64,000 nucleotides of DNA, taken from an uncultured delta proteobacterium. GTDB taxonomy: Bacteria > Desulfobacterota > Binatia > UBA9968. Under the pieces are notes generated by a model. The model had not been told where the DNA came from. It was given only the letters and a program-made list of their open reading frames with translations, and did no database searches. This document shows, piece after piece, positions 44,374 to 52,836 of the stretch. Each line of letters opens with the position of its first letter. Position 1 is the stretch's first letter. The stretch covers positions 160,001-224,000 of the forward strand of contig CAWDPO010000043.1 of NCBI GenBank assembly GCA_963804165.1, read 5' to 3'. The translations under genes and the position numbers were made by a program.

Positions 44374-44823
44374 CTAATCCCCTATGCTCGGTTTTGTCGG
44401 CGCAGCCGGATACGGATTTTCGACGGACAAATGAGCAAGCTCGCGCGCGCTCTCTTCCCAATGCCGCCCATCGAACCGTTTTATTTTGATCTCTCGGACG
44501 GTGCTGGGTTCGAGACAGTGCACGTTCACACTGTAGCCGTCAGGATTGGAGCGCGGCACGTAGAAAGACTTGATGCCGCAACTTTGACAAAACAGATGCC
44601 GCGCGACGCCGGTGTTAAAAGTGTAGGTGGTTAGAGCTTCAGAACCTCGAAGCAACGTGAAGCGTGACTTGGGGACAATCAAATGAAGAAATCCGCTCTT
44701 GCTGCAAATCGAGCAGTTGCACTCGGTGGCTTCGATGTCGGCGGGCGCTGTGACCGCAAATTTCACGCGGCCGCAATGGCACCCACCGACATGCCTAATC
44801 AAGGGTTGGTTTGCTTGTGCCAA
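44374..44823 (-). CDS. GFA/CENP-V family protein
   Basis: GGCHCG, CNCSICSK, HLFCQSCG; true start codon uncertain. Confidence 0.88.
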   Translation of the reverse strand: MAQANQPLIRHVGGCHCGRVKFAVTAPADIEATECNCSICSKSGFLHLIVPKSRFTLLRGSEALTTYTFNTGVARHLFCQSCGIKSFYVPRSNPDGYSVNVHCLEPSTVREIKIKRFDGRHWEESARELAHLSVENPYPAAPTKPSIGD

Positions 44824-44840
44824 GACAGTCGAGGATTAAA

Positions 44841-45860
44841 CTACGCGGCTGATTCCAGCTGCGCTGTATAGCTGCCGCTGCGCGCTGCGCTGTTCATCTT
44901 GGCTCGGTGATAGAAGATCTTCTGCGCTGCCGCGACGTTGGCGGCTTCGCCCTTCCAAGCTTTCAGCGCCGGATCCTGCAGCGCCCGGGCATAAGAAAAA
45001 CTCACCTGCCACGGGTGCGGACCGATTTTGTTCATGGCGTTTAAATGCTCAGTGGCGCTCACCGCGCTCTGACCGCCGGACAAAAATGCGATACCGGGAA
45101 CCGCCGCGGGTACGGTGCGCTTGAGACACCGGATCGTGCGTTCGGCGACCTCTTCGACGCCCGCTTGTCGGGGATTGTCTTTTCCGGAAACCACCATGCT
45201 CGGTTTGAGAATCATGCCTTCAAGATGTACGCGGTGCAAAAAAAGCGCCGTGAAGGTTATTTTCAGCGTCTGCTCGGTGACTTCGTGACAGCGCTCAATG
45301 GTGTGATTCCCGTCGAGCAAAACTTCCGGTTCGACGATCGGCACGATGCCGCCCTCCTGGCAGAGCGCGGCGTAGCGCGCCAACGCATGCGCGTTGGCTT
45401 CTAAACAAGTGTAGGTCGGAATGCCGTCCCCGATGGTAATCACGGCACGCCACTTGGCGAATTTGGCGCCTAATTCTTTGTATTCTTTCACGCGCGCGCG
45501 CAAGCCGTCCAATCCTTCGGTGACAACTTCGCCGGGGAAACCGGGAATATCCACCGGCCCCTTGTCGACTTTAATGCCCGGCATAATGCCTTTTTTGGCA
45601 AGCAATTGGGAAAACGGCGTGCCATCGCTCGCCGCCGTACGGATCGTTTCATCAAAAAGAATTACGCCGCTGATCGCTTCTTCGACGCCTTTAGTGGAAA
45701 AAAGCATCTCACGGTAGGCGCGGCGGTTGTTGTCGTTGGATTCTATTTTGATGCTGTCAAATCGTCGTTTGATGGTGCCCATACTCTCATCGGCAGCCAG
45801 GATCCCTTTGCCTTTGGCGACCATCGCTTGAGCGACTGATTCGAGTTCTTGTTTAGACAT
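44841..45860 (-). CDS. Fructose-bisphosphate aldolase class I (glycolytic type)
   Basis: KGILAADES, GIKVDKG, FAKWRAV, PIVEPE, LKPSMV (Schiff-base Lys), FLSGGQ, FSYARAL. Confidence 0.95.
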   Translation of the reverse strand: MSKQELESVAQAMVAKGKGILAADESMGTIKRRFDSIKIESNDNNRRAYREMLFSTKGVEEAISGVILFDETIRTAASDGTPFSQLLAKKGIMPGIKVDKGPVDIPGFPGEVVTEGLDGLRARVKEYKELGAKFAKWRAVITIGDGIPTYTCLEANAHALARYAALCQEGGIVPIVEPEVLLDGNHTIERCHEVTEQTLKITFTALFLHRVHLEGMILKPSMVVSGKDNPRQAGVEEVAERTIRCLKRTVPAAVPGIAFLSGGQSAVSATEHLNAMNKIGPHPWQVSFSYARALQDPALKAWKGEAANVAAAQKIFYHRAKMNSAARSGSYTAQLESAA

Positions 45861-45983
45861 GCGTTCATTCCTCCTTATGAGTTGTTGAACGCATCCATAT
45901 TTGCATTCCGCCCATTCCTTCGCAAGCTTTGCCGGCGACTGCCATTGTCTCATCCATGGCCCTTTGATAGTTTGTGATTCGTT

Positions 45984-46322
45984 ATGCTGGACCTGCTGAT
46001 GCACTGGTTCATCAGCGCCGCGAGCCTGATGATCGTCGCATATCTTTTCCCCGGCATCGAGGTGCGCGGCTTCGGTACGGCGCTGCTTGCGCCGATCGTC
46101 ATCGGGTTCATCAATGCGACCATCGGGTTTGTCATGAAAATATTGACCTTACCGCTCACGTTGCTCACGTTGGGACTTTTTTGGCTGATCATTAACGCGC
46201 TGATGCTTCAGCTTGCCGCTGCGCTTGTCCCGGGATTCTTCATCGCTGGTTTTTGGTCGGCTTTTTTTGGCGCCATCGTGCTGAGTATCGTCAGCACGCT
46301 TCTCGGCGCGCTGATCGAGTGA
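45984..46322 (+). CDS. YvlD/'phage holin' family four-TM membrane protein
   Basis: LTLPLTLLTLGLFWLIINALML, GFWSAFFGAIVLS. Confidence 0.85.
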   Translation: MLDLLMHWFISAASLMIVAYLFPGIEVRGFGTALLAPIVIGFINATIGFVMKILTLPLTLLTLGLFWLIINALMLQLAAALVPGFFIAGFWSAFFGAIVLSIVSTLLGALIE

Positions 46323-46331
46323 CGCGGTGTC

Positions 46332-47216
46332 TCACTTTGTAAATAACCCCGTCGCTTCCGACCAATAAGTCGTATCGTAGAATCTCTCCGGCGGATCGAA
46401 GGGTGGCTTGTACACGCCCATTTCCTTGCGCAAGTCTATGACCGTTTGCAATGCCACCGGGTTGATCCGCGCTTTCGGCACCACCTTATGATAAGCATCC
46501 TCCGCTGCCTCGCGCTTGAGCTTTTCGTTTTCCATCACCAACGCAATGGTTTCGTCGCGGTTCTCCGGCAACAAGAGCCAGTCCGTGGCCGCCGCCCAGG
46601 CGCGAATGAAGCGGACGACGAGCTCACGATGATCGAGCAACCACCGCCTGAGGGTCCAACCACAGGTGAGCGGCCAGCCGGGAACGTATTTTTCAGAATC
46701 GGCCAGCAACACACCGCCGGCGGCCAATGCCTTATCCGAAGCCGGGGGCGTGAGCATCGCGGCGGCGACGCGCCGTTGAAGAAACGCTTCCAACCGCACC
46801 GGCGAACTGCCGATGATCTCGATGTTGTAGTCGGTGTCGTCAATGCCATGGGTGCGAAGAATTTTTTTCCGGATAAGATCCAAATTGGAATCACCGGGAT
46901 CGCCGGCGAGTAATTTATCCCGGAGTTTTTCGATGGAATCGACGCCCGGCTGGCCGATCAGATACGCGCTGAGCCCTTCCTCGGCCTGCATGAAAAGCAT
47001 GTAATCGACGCCGTCGGTGGTTGTGCGCGCGATCATCGTATCAGCGCTGCTCAAAGTAAAATCCCAGCGCCCTTCGGCCATGCCACGATTGTGATCCGGC
47101 GCGTAGGTGGTGTGATGAAATTTCACTTCGAGGTTTTCCTTGGCGAAAAATCCCTTGTATTCTGCAACGACATGCGGCGTTCTGCGCTGGTAACCGGTCA
47201 CGCTAAGTACGTCCAT
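46332..47216 (-). CDS. SsuA/NMT1-like substrate-binding-fold protein without an obvious signal peptide
   Basis: VAEYKGFFAKENLEV, AAMLTPP, VVRFIRA; GGAGG RBS before the ATG at 47216. Confidence 0.8.
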   Translation of the reverse strand: MDVLSVTGYQRRTPHVVAEYKGFFAKENLEVKFHHTTYAPDHNRGMAEGRWDFTLSSADTMIARTTTDGVDYMLFMQAEEGLSAYLIGQPGVDSIEKLRDKLLAGDPGDSNLDLIRKKILRTHGIDDTDYNIEIIGSSPVRLEAFLQRRVAAAMLTPPASDKALAAGGVLLADSEKYVPGWPLTCGWTLRRWLLDHRELVVRFIRAWAAATDWLLLPENRDETIALVMENEKLKREAAEDAYHKVVPKARINPVALQTVIDLRKEMGVYKPPFDPPERFYDTTYWSEATGLFTK

Positions 47217-47353
47217 AATGTCCTCCCCGTCACCTCCCTTTTATCGCCGCGGGCTTTTCGGCTCAAGTGCCTTCGCCTTGGCTTGATCGACGAATCGATG
47301 TAGAAATCAATAGCATTGTTTCTCCGGTGCTCGATCATTCCAAGGAATATTTC

Positions 47354-48055
47354 ATGAACTTGAAAGACAAAGTAGCTCTCATCACCGGTGGCGGCAGAGG
47401 TATCGGCAAAGCGATCGCGGTGCATTACGCCCGCGAAGGCGCGAAGCTCGCCCTATGCGCGCGCACCGCAACGGAGCTGGATCAGACCGTGCGCGAATTA
47501 CGAGCCATGAACGTCGAAGCCGAAGGCTGGAGCTGTGACGTTTCGTTGGAAGAAGCCGCGCGGGAATTCATCGGCAACGTGGACAAAAAATTCGGCCGCA
47601 TCGACGTTCTGGTCAACAATGCCGGCGTCATGACCCGGCCGACTCCGATTGCCGAACTCGACGTAAAAAAATGGGATTACACGATCGCGGTGAATCTGCG
47701 CGGACCCTTCCTGATCACGCAAGCGGTTTTGCCGATCATGACGAATCACAAAAGCGGCTCGATTATCAACGTCTCATCGATGATCGGCCGCGGCGCGTAC
47801 GCCAATTTCATCGCCTACGCGACGTCGAAATGGGGGTTGGAAGGATTCACTCAAACCCTTGCGGCGGAAGTGCGCTCGAGCAATATCCGAGTGAACTCCG
47901 TCGAGCCAGGCTACGTTGCCACCAAGCTCACCGGCTTTCACGGCAGCAAACCGGAATCGGTGACCGATGTCTTCGTATTTCTGGCTTCGGATGAATCCAA
48001 GGGAGTTACGGGGAAGATGCTCAGCGCCTCGGGCTGGAAATCGCAAGTTAAGTAA
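47354..48055 (+). CDS. SDR family oxidoreductase
   Basis: TGGGRGIG, VNNAG, NVSS, YATSK, VEPG. Confidence 0.93.
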   Translation: MNLKDKVALITGGGRGIGKAIAVHYAREGAKLALCARTATELDQTVRELRAMNVEAEGWSCDVSLEEAAREFIGNVDKKFGRIDVLVNNAGVMTRPTPIAELDVKKWDYTIAVNLRGPFLITQAVLPIMTNHKSGSIINVSSMIGRGAYANFIAYATSKWGLEGFTQTLAAEVRSSNIRVNSVEPGYVATKLTGFHGSKPESVTDVFVFLASDESKGVTGKMLSASGWKSQVK

Positions 48056-48344
48056 TACCCAGCTCGGTAAAATGAGACTCATTACCATGTTCTGCGTCGC
48101 GGCCCTCGGGTCGGACGGTGGTCTCGGCGACAATTGGCGCGGCCACATTCTCGGGCGACGCGTCGGCAATCCAAAGCTCCACCACCGCGTCCGGCGGGAG
48201 AGCGATGCGCTCGCGGTAAGCCACGGACCCAGTGACCACGCCTGCGCCGGTGGAAGTCAGGGAGTTATACGTGCACCCAGAAAAGCCCGTGAGGATGAGC
48301 CACAGCAGCCCGAGCATCGGGCGCGGCGAATAAAGTTTCATCAT
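48048..48344 (-). pseudogene. Truncated YbaY/YscW-like lipoprotein (N-terminal half)
   Basis: Lipobox FSGC, then VTGSVAYRERIALPPDAVVEL; similarity appears to end after about 80 aa, where the ORF runs into the SDR stop. Confidence 0.6.
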
Positions 48345-48381
48345 GTCATGCTCCGTTGCCCGGGGGGTCGCGGACGAAGCG

Positions 48382-49065
48382 TCAAAACGCCGCGTTCGCG
48401 GCGCCGCGAAAATCAGACGGTTCCGGCTGCTGCTTCTTTCGCGCGCTGTTTCGAGCTTTTTGGTGATTCATGTCGGCCGGAATGAAGCGAACCTTTTTTC
48501 CTAACCGCTTTGCTGAGATGAGCTCATCCCGAGCCACTTCCCCGCCGCCGATACCGACGATGATGTCGCTGTTTTCGACCATGGCTTTGGAGGTCGGCGA
48601 TAATTCCTTGGTTCCGCCTACGAATCCGCCCCAAGTCGTGTCCTCCACGTAAAAAACGTGATCAACGAAAGGCGATAGCTTGACATTGTGCCCTCTTGCC
48701 TGAGACGACACGATTCCCGTCGTCATGAAGCCTTTCCGTTTCGCCATTTCATAGATCGCGCCGATGCCTTCCGGCGTAGCGCCGATGTTCACGATGGTTT
48801 TGGCCGGGTCAAATTCGCCGAGAATGACCTCCGCGTGTTTGCGCAGCAAAACGTCATCCTCGTATCCGGCGCCCGAATACCCGACAAAGGTAAGTACGGT
48901 TTTCCCTGTGCCTTTGAAGAACGCCTTGATGTCTTGTTTGACCGCATTTTTGACCGTGGCGGTGTGCGCCGGGCCAGCAGCAGCAAGAACGAAGAGACAC
49001 AGATACAGAGGGAAAAACGGCGTGCCGGAAAAACGCAATGATTGGCCGTGCTTTAATATCATCAA
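48382..49065 (-). CDS. Exported protein with SLOG (Smf/DprA/LOG)-like fold
   Basis: Signal-peptide-like N-terminus; TFVGYSG, IGATPEGIG, MVENSDIIVGIGGGEVARDEL..AKRLGKKV. Confidence 0.6.
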   Translation of the reverse strand: MMILKHGQSLRFSGTPFFPLYLCLFVLAAAGPAHTATVKNAVKQDIKAFFKGTGKTVLTFVGYSGAGYEDDVLLRKHAEVILGEFDPAKTIVNIGATPEGIGAIYEMAKRKGFMTTGIVSSQARGHNVKLSPFVDHVFYVEDTTWGGFVGGTKELSPTSKAMVENSDIIVGIGGGEVARDELISAKRLGKKVRFIPADMNHQKARNSARKKQQPEPSDFRGAANAAF

Positions 49066-49107
49066 GCGATCCCCTTCTATTCACGTTCTCGCACGAAAAG
49101 CTGTGTG

Positions 49108-49191
49108 GCCAAACGCCCCGCATCAGTGAACCACAGCACGCGATTGATAACGCAGGCGCGTGCCTAAGCACCAGGCGGAAGCACGTTGGGT
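49108..49191 (-). other. Degenerate attC-like site
   Basis: Minus strand reads ACCCAAC ... internal stem GCACGCG/CGCGTGC ... CTGATGCGGGGC-GTTTGGC, 84 bp, between two co-oriented ORFs. Confidence 0.3.
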
Positions 49192-49211
49192 CTCAGCCGC
49201 ATGAGATCGAC

Positions 49212-49637
49212 CTACTTCGACATCGGGCGCGATTCGACCGGGATGAGCGTTGTCTCTACTGGCTGCCCGGGATTGTTGCTTCTGATCTTGAACTCGCCCG
49301 CGCTCAATCGAAGTATTTCGGCCTTGTAGGAGAGACCCTCCTCGACCATCGTCAGCGCTCCACCCTCGTACTTCCAAGTCCCGAGCGTAGGCTTGGTATT
49401 AGGTGACGTGATGAGCAGCGTTCCCTCTGACAGGAATACATAAAGCGTGCCCGCCGCTACGCCGGACGAACTGCTCACTTGCCAGACCTTGTTGACGAAA
49501 CCGGCGGAAGCGCTACCGGCGTGGTCAAAATCCTGCTTTGCCGCGTCACCTTTATTGAGGCAAGCACCGAGACACAGAGCAAACGTAAAAATCAGGGTGG
49601 ACTTTGGAAATTTGATGTTGAGCCGCCTAGATTGCAC
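49212..49637 (-). CDS. Hypothetical lipoprotein (beta-rich, lipocalin-like)
   Basis: Lipobox LGAC; FVNKVWQV, YVFLSEGTLLI, GTWKY. Confidence 0.65.
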   Translation of the reverse strand: MQSRRLNIKFPKSTLIFTFALCLGACLNKGDAAKQDFDHAGSASAGFVNKVWQVSSSSGVAAGTLYVFLSEGTLLITSPNTKPTLGTWKYEGGALTMVEEGLSYKAEILRLSAGEFKIRSNNPGQPVETTLIPVESRPMSK

Positions 49638-49778
49638 GGAAATAATACTAGCTTATCTCACCGTCACACTGGACGCGCGCTTTGCTCGACTACCACGCCT
49701 GAGCCAACGTGCCGAAAGTCACGTCGGATTCCCAGCGGCAGCCCCGGTTCGTCCGTTATCGACATTCTCCGTCGATCA

Positions 49779-50012
49779 CTAAAGACCTAGTAATTCCATT
49801 ATCTTGACTTGGTCGAAACCGACCACCGATTGGCCGTCGATGATCGTTACCGGCGTGCTTTGAAATCCTTGATCGAGTAATTCCTTTAATGCCGCTTTAT
49901 CCGCCCGTACATTTTTCTCCACGAACTGAACGCCTTTTTGAGATAGAAACTCCACCTCTTTATGACACGGGCCTCACCCAGGTTGGGTATAAACAACGAC
50001 CGATTTAGCCAT
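49779..50012 (-). CDS. Selenocysteine-containing glutaredoxin/NrdH-like protein (UxxC)
   Basis: Manual translation MAKSVVVYTQPG-U(TGA 49974-49976)-GPCHKEVEFLSQKGVQFVEKNVRADKAALKELLDQGFQSTPVTIIDGQSVVGFDQVKIMELLGL*; thioredoxin-fold TP and VGF motifs; RBS GAGGAG. Confidence 0.9.
49940..49958 (-). promoter_or_regulatory. Putative bacterial SECIS hairpin
   Basis: Minus strand GAGGTGGA-GTT-TCTATCTC begins 15 nt after the UGA; G-containing apical loop about 23 nt downstream. Confidence 0.7.
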
Positions 50013-50037
50013 TCTTTCTCTCCTCTAATTTTTTTAA

Positions 50038-50066
50038 AGCTTAACACTTCGCCATAAAGCGCGCAA
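50038..50066 (-). promoter_or_regulatory. Sigma-70-type promoter for the selenoprotein gene
   Basis: Minus strand TTGCGC-17 nt-TAAGCT with an extended -10 TG. Confidence 0.5.
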
Positions 50067-50068
50067 AA

Positions 50069-50105
50069 GTGACGCGTTCCCAGTTTAAAACTGGGAACGC
50101 GTCAC
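50069..50105. repeat. Perfect 18-bp inverted repeat
   Basis: GTGACGCGTTCCCAGTTT-A-AAACTGGGAACGCGTCAC. Confidence 0.92.
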
Positions 50106-50127
50106 CCTGAGCAACGCGAAGGGTCTC
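50100..50127 (+). repeat. CGTC-type REP-like element
   Basis: CGTCACCCTGAGCAACGCGAAGGGTCTC. Confidence 0.65.
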
Positions 50128-50220
50128 GACTGAAATAGCGAGTAAATGCCCAAGGCCTTTCCGATTTGGTCCACGATCTTAAACAACGACCGATAAGCAT
50201 GCTAAGGTAAGCTTCATACG

Positions 50221-52080
50221 ATGCCGCATAGGGATCAATTCAAATTCAAGCTTAGATTTTTCCTCAGCGCTCTAACGCTTGGCCTGACGGTTTTCGCCGC
50301 TCTTTCAGGTTGGACCGATGAGCTGACCAACCGGGACTCGAGCGCGACCGAGGCGCTGGCGCGCCACGTGAAATTCCTATCCGCCGCTGAGCTTACCGGA
50401 CGGGGTGTCGATACTCCCGGGATCAAGCTCGCGAGAGACTATGTCGCCGCCGAATTCGCCAAATCCGGCTTGAAGCCGGGCGGCGATAACGGTAGCTTCC
50501 TGCAACCTTTCGATGTTGCCGTTGGCGTCACCGTAGTCGAGCCGACCAGCCTCACTCTTGGAACCGACGCTCCCCTCCAGCTAAACGAACAGTGGATTCC
50601 GCTTGGGCTATCGACATCCGACAAAATAGCGGCGGAGGTGGTTTTCGCCGGTTACGGGATCACGGCCAAGGACTACGGTTACGATGACTATGCGGGCATC
50701 GACGCCAAGGGCAAGATTATTTTAATGCTCCGCTACGAGCCGCCGCCTTCGGAGACTAAAAGCCCATTCAGAAAACTTCCCGACTATTCGACCCACGCGG
50801 CGCTGCGCAGCAAAGCCAATAACGCGCGGGATCATGGCGCGCTGGGCATGATCTTGGTCGATATGAGCGATTCGAGTCGTGAGAAACGTGAATTGATCTC
50901 GACGCAAAGTAGTTTATGGCGCGGCGGCAATCGCCTGACCGCCGCCCAGGTGAAGCGCCAGGTTATCGAAAAATGGCTCGCCGCCCGGGGAATTTCGCTT
51001 AGGTCGCTCAAAGAACAGATCGACACCAGCGGCAAACCCGCTTCAACGGCCATTCCCAACGCTATTGCCACCTTGCAAGTTAACTTGAGGGAAAATCGCC
51101 AGCACACAGACAATGTCGTCGGTATACTGCCCGGCGCGGATCCGACGCTGAGCGCCGAATCGATCGTCATCGGCGCCCACTATGATCACCTTGGATTGGG
51201 GCATTTTGGCGCGCGAGACTCGGCCTCGGAAGGGCAGGTTCATCCTGGCGCCGATGACAACGCGTCGGGAACCGCAGTGATTATCGACTTAGCCCGCCGC
51301 CTCAGCCTACTGGCGCACAAACCGGCCAGAACGATCGTATTCGTCGCATTCTCGGCCGAAGAGCTCGGTCTTTTCGGTTCGCGCCATTATGTCGATCATG
51401 CAGTGTCCATCTCGGCGATAAAGGCCATGATCAATTTGGATATGGTCGGACGCTTGCGCGACGACCGTGTAACCGTGTTTGGCACACGCTCAAGCACGGA
51501 TTTTAGCAAAACGGTGCTGGCCGGAGCTCAGCAATTGGGCCTCAAGATCGGCGAATCCGACGATGTCGGGCGCAGCGATCACATGTCCTTTTATAGCAAG
51601 AAAATTCCGGTGCTCCATTTCTTTACGGGCATCCACAATGACTATCACCGATCCACCGATACTTGGGAGAAACTTAACATCGACGGTATGGCAAAAGTCG
51701 GCGACCTTGTCATGCTGACTGCGTTGCAGATCGCCAATATTAAGGAACCGATCAATTTTGTCAGCCTGCCGGCACGCCCGCCGGCCGCGGGCGCCGCGGC
51801 GGGTCGAGGATTTCGCGTTTATCTCGGCACCATCCCTGACTACGGCGCACCGGCGGCGGGCGTACGACTTGCCGGAGTTTCCAGCGGCAGCCCGGCGGCG
51901 CTCGCCGGCTTGCAGGAAGGCGACGTAATCATTCGCTTGGCTGACAAAAAAATCGAAAATATCGAAGACCTGACTGGCGCTCTGAGCGACCGCAAAGCCG
52001 GCGACGAGGTCGAAATAGCGATTCTGCGCGCCGGTACGCCGCTCACGTTGAAAGCGACGTTGAAAAGTCGCGGTCAGTGA
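50221..52080 (+). CDS. M28 family aminopeptidase with PA and PDZ domains
   Basis: IGAHYDHLG, GADDNASG, FSAEELGL, NLDMVG, SDH, DYH; C-terminal YLGTIPDY...GSPAALAGLQEGD. Confidence 0.92.
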   Translation: MPHRDQFKFKLRFFLSALTLGLTVFAALSGWTDELTNRDSSATEALARHVKFLSAAELTGRGVDTPGIKLARDYVAAEFAKSGLKPGGDNGSFLQPFDVAVGVTVVEPTSLTLGTDAPLQLNEQWIPLGLSTSDKIAAEVVFAGYGITAKDYGYDDYAGIDAKGKIILMLRYEPPPSETKSPFRKLPDYSTHAALRSKANNARDHGALGMILVDMSDSSREKRELISTQSSLWRGGNRLTAAQVKRQVIEKWLAARGISLRSLKEQIDTSGKPASTAIPNAIATLQVNLRENRQHTDNVVGILPGADPTLSAESIVIGAHYDHLGLGHFGARDSASEGQVHPGADDNASGTAVIIDLARRLSLLAHKPARTIVFVAFSAEELGLFGSRHYVDHAVSISAIKAMINLDMVGRLRDDRVTVFGTRSSTDFSKTVLAGAQQLGLKIGESDDVGRSDHMSFYSKKIPVLHFFTGIHNDYHRSTDTWEKLNIDGMAKVGDLVMLTALQIANIKEPINFVSLPARPPAAGAAAGRGFRVYLGTIPDYGAPAAGVRLAGVSSGSPAALAGLQEGDVIIRLADKKIENIEDLTGALSDRKAGDEVEIAILRAGTPLTLKATLKSRGQ

Positions 52081-52218
52081 CTTTCCTTCTCGCTTCCGAG
52101 CTCCGAGATGTCTGTCCTGGTGAGTCCAACCCCCCGAAATTTAGAAATAATGCTCGCAGCTAATACGCTGTTATGTTAAGATAGCTGCAGTGGTGAAGGT
52201 TAAGGAGGACTGCTGTCG

Positions 52219-52827
52219 ATGATCAAGTTGTATACTTTCCCGCCCTCGACCAACTCTCGCAAAGTTCGCATTGCTCTCTTAGAGAAGGGGCTTGAGTTCC
52301 AGCGTATTAACGTCGATCTTTCCAAAAGGGAACAGAAAAATCCCGAATATCTCAAAATTCATCCGTTCGGACAAATCCCCGCATTGGACGATGAAGGATT
52401 CATCATTTACGATTCGACGGTGATTAACGAATATCTCGAAGACGAATATCCCTATCCTCCATTGATGCCAAAAGATTCGGAAGGACGGGCACGGGTGAGG
52501 CTGATGGAGGATTTTCGCGATACTCACTTCAATCTCTACTGCGTTCATCTGATCCAAGAAATGCGTAAGCCGGAAGGGGAACGCGACGCGCAGCGAATCG
52601 ACAACGCTAGAGCGGCGATCACGCAGGCATTTGACAGAATCGAAACCGAACTTAACGGCAACGAATACTTGGCCGGCTCGTTCAGCCTTGCTGATATTGC
52701 CTTCATGGCCAACCTCGAGCTGTTGGATCGATTCGCGATCCCGGTGGACCCCAACAAATTTGGAAAAACCGTCGCCTGGATTGCCCGGCTCAAGGCGCGA
52801 CCAAGCTTCGCCGCCTCCGCCACATAG
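52219..52827 (+). CDS. Glutathione S-transferase family protein
   Basis: STNSRKV, YLKIHPFGQIPAL, DSTVINEYL, FSLADIA. Confidence 0.92.
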   Translation: MIKLYTFPPSTNSRKVRIALLEKGLEFQRINVDLSKREQKNPEYLKIHPFGQIPALDDEGFIIYDSTVINEYLEDEYPYPPLMPKDSEGRARVRLMEDFRDTHFNLYCVHLIQEMRKPEGERDAQRIDNARAAITQAFDRIETELNGNEYLAGSFSLADIAFMANLELLDRFAIPVDPNKFGKTVAWIARLKARPSFAASAT

Positions 52828-52836
52828 ACCGGCCGG

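Noticed and set aside
45984-46322. Prophage suggested by the 'phage holin family' gene (and by PolB)
   Set aside because: YvlD-like proteins are common chromosomal membrane proteins; there are no integrase, capsid, terminase or lysin genes in the window
52156-52188. GCAGCTA...TAGCTGC stem upstream of GST as a riboswitch
   Set aside because: Only a 7-bp stem with no recognisable aptamer consensus
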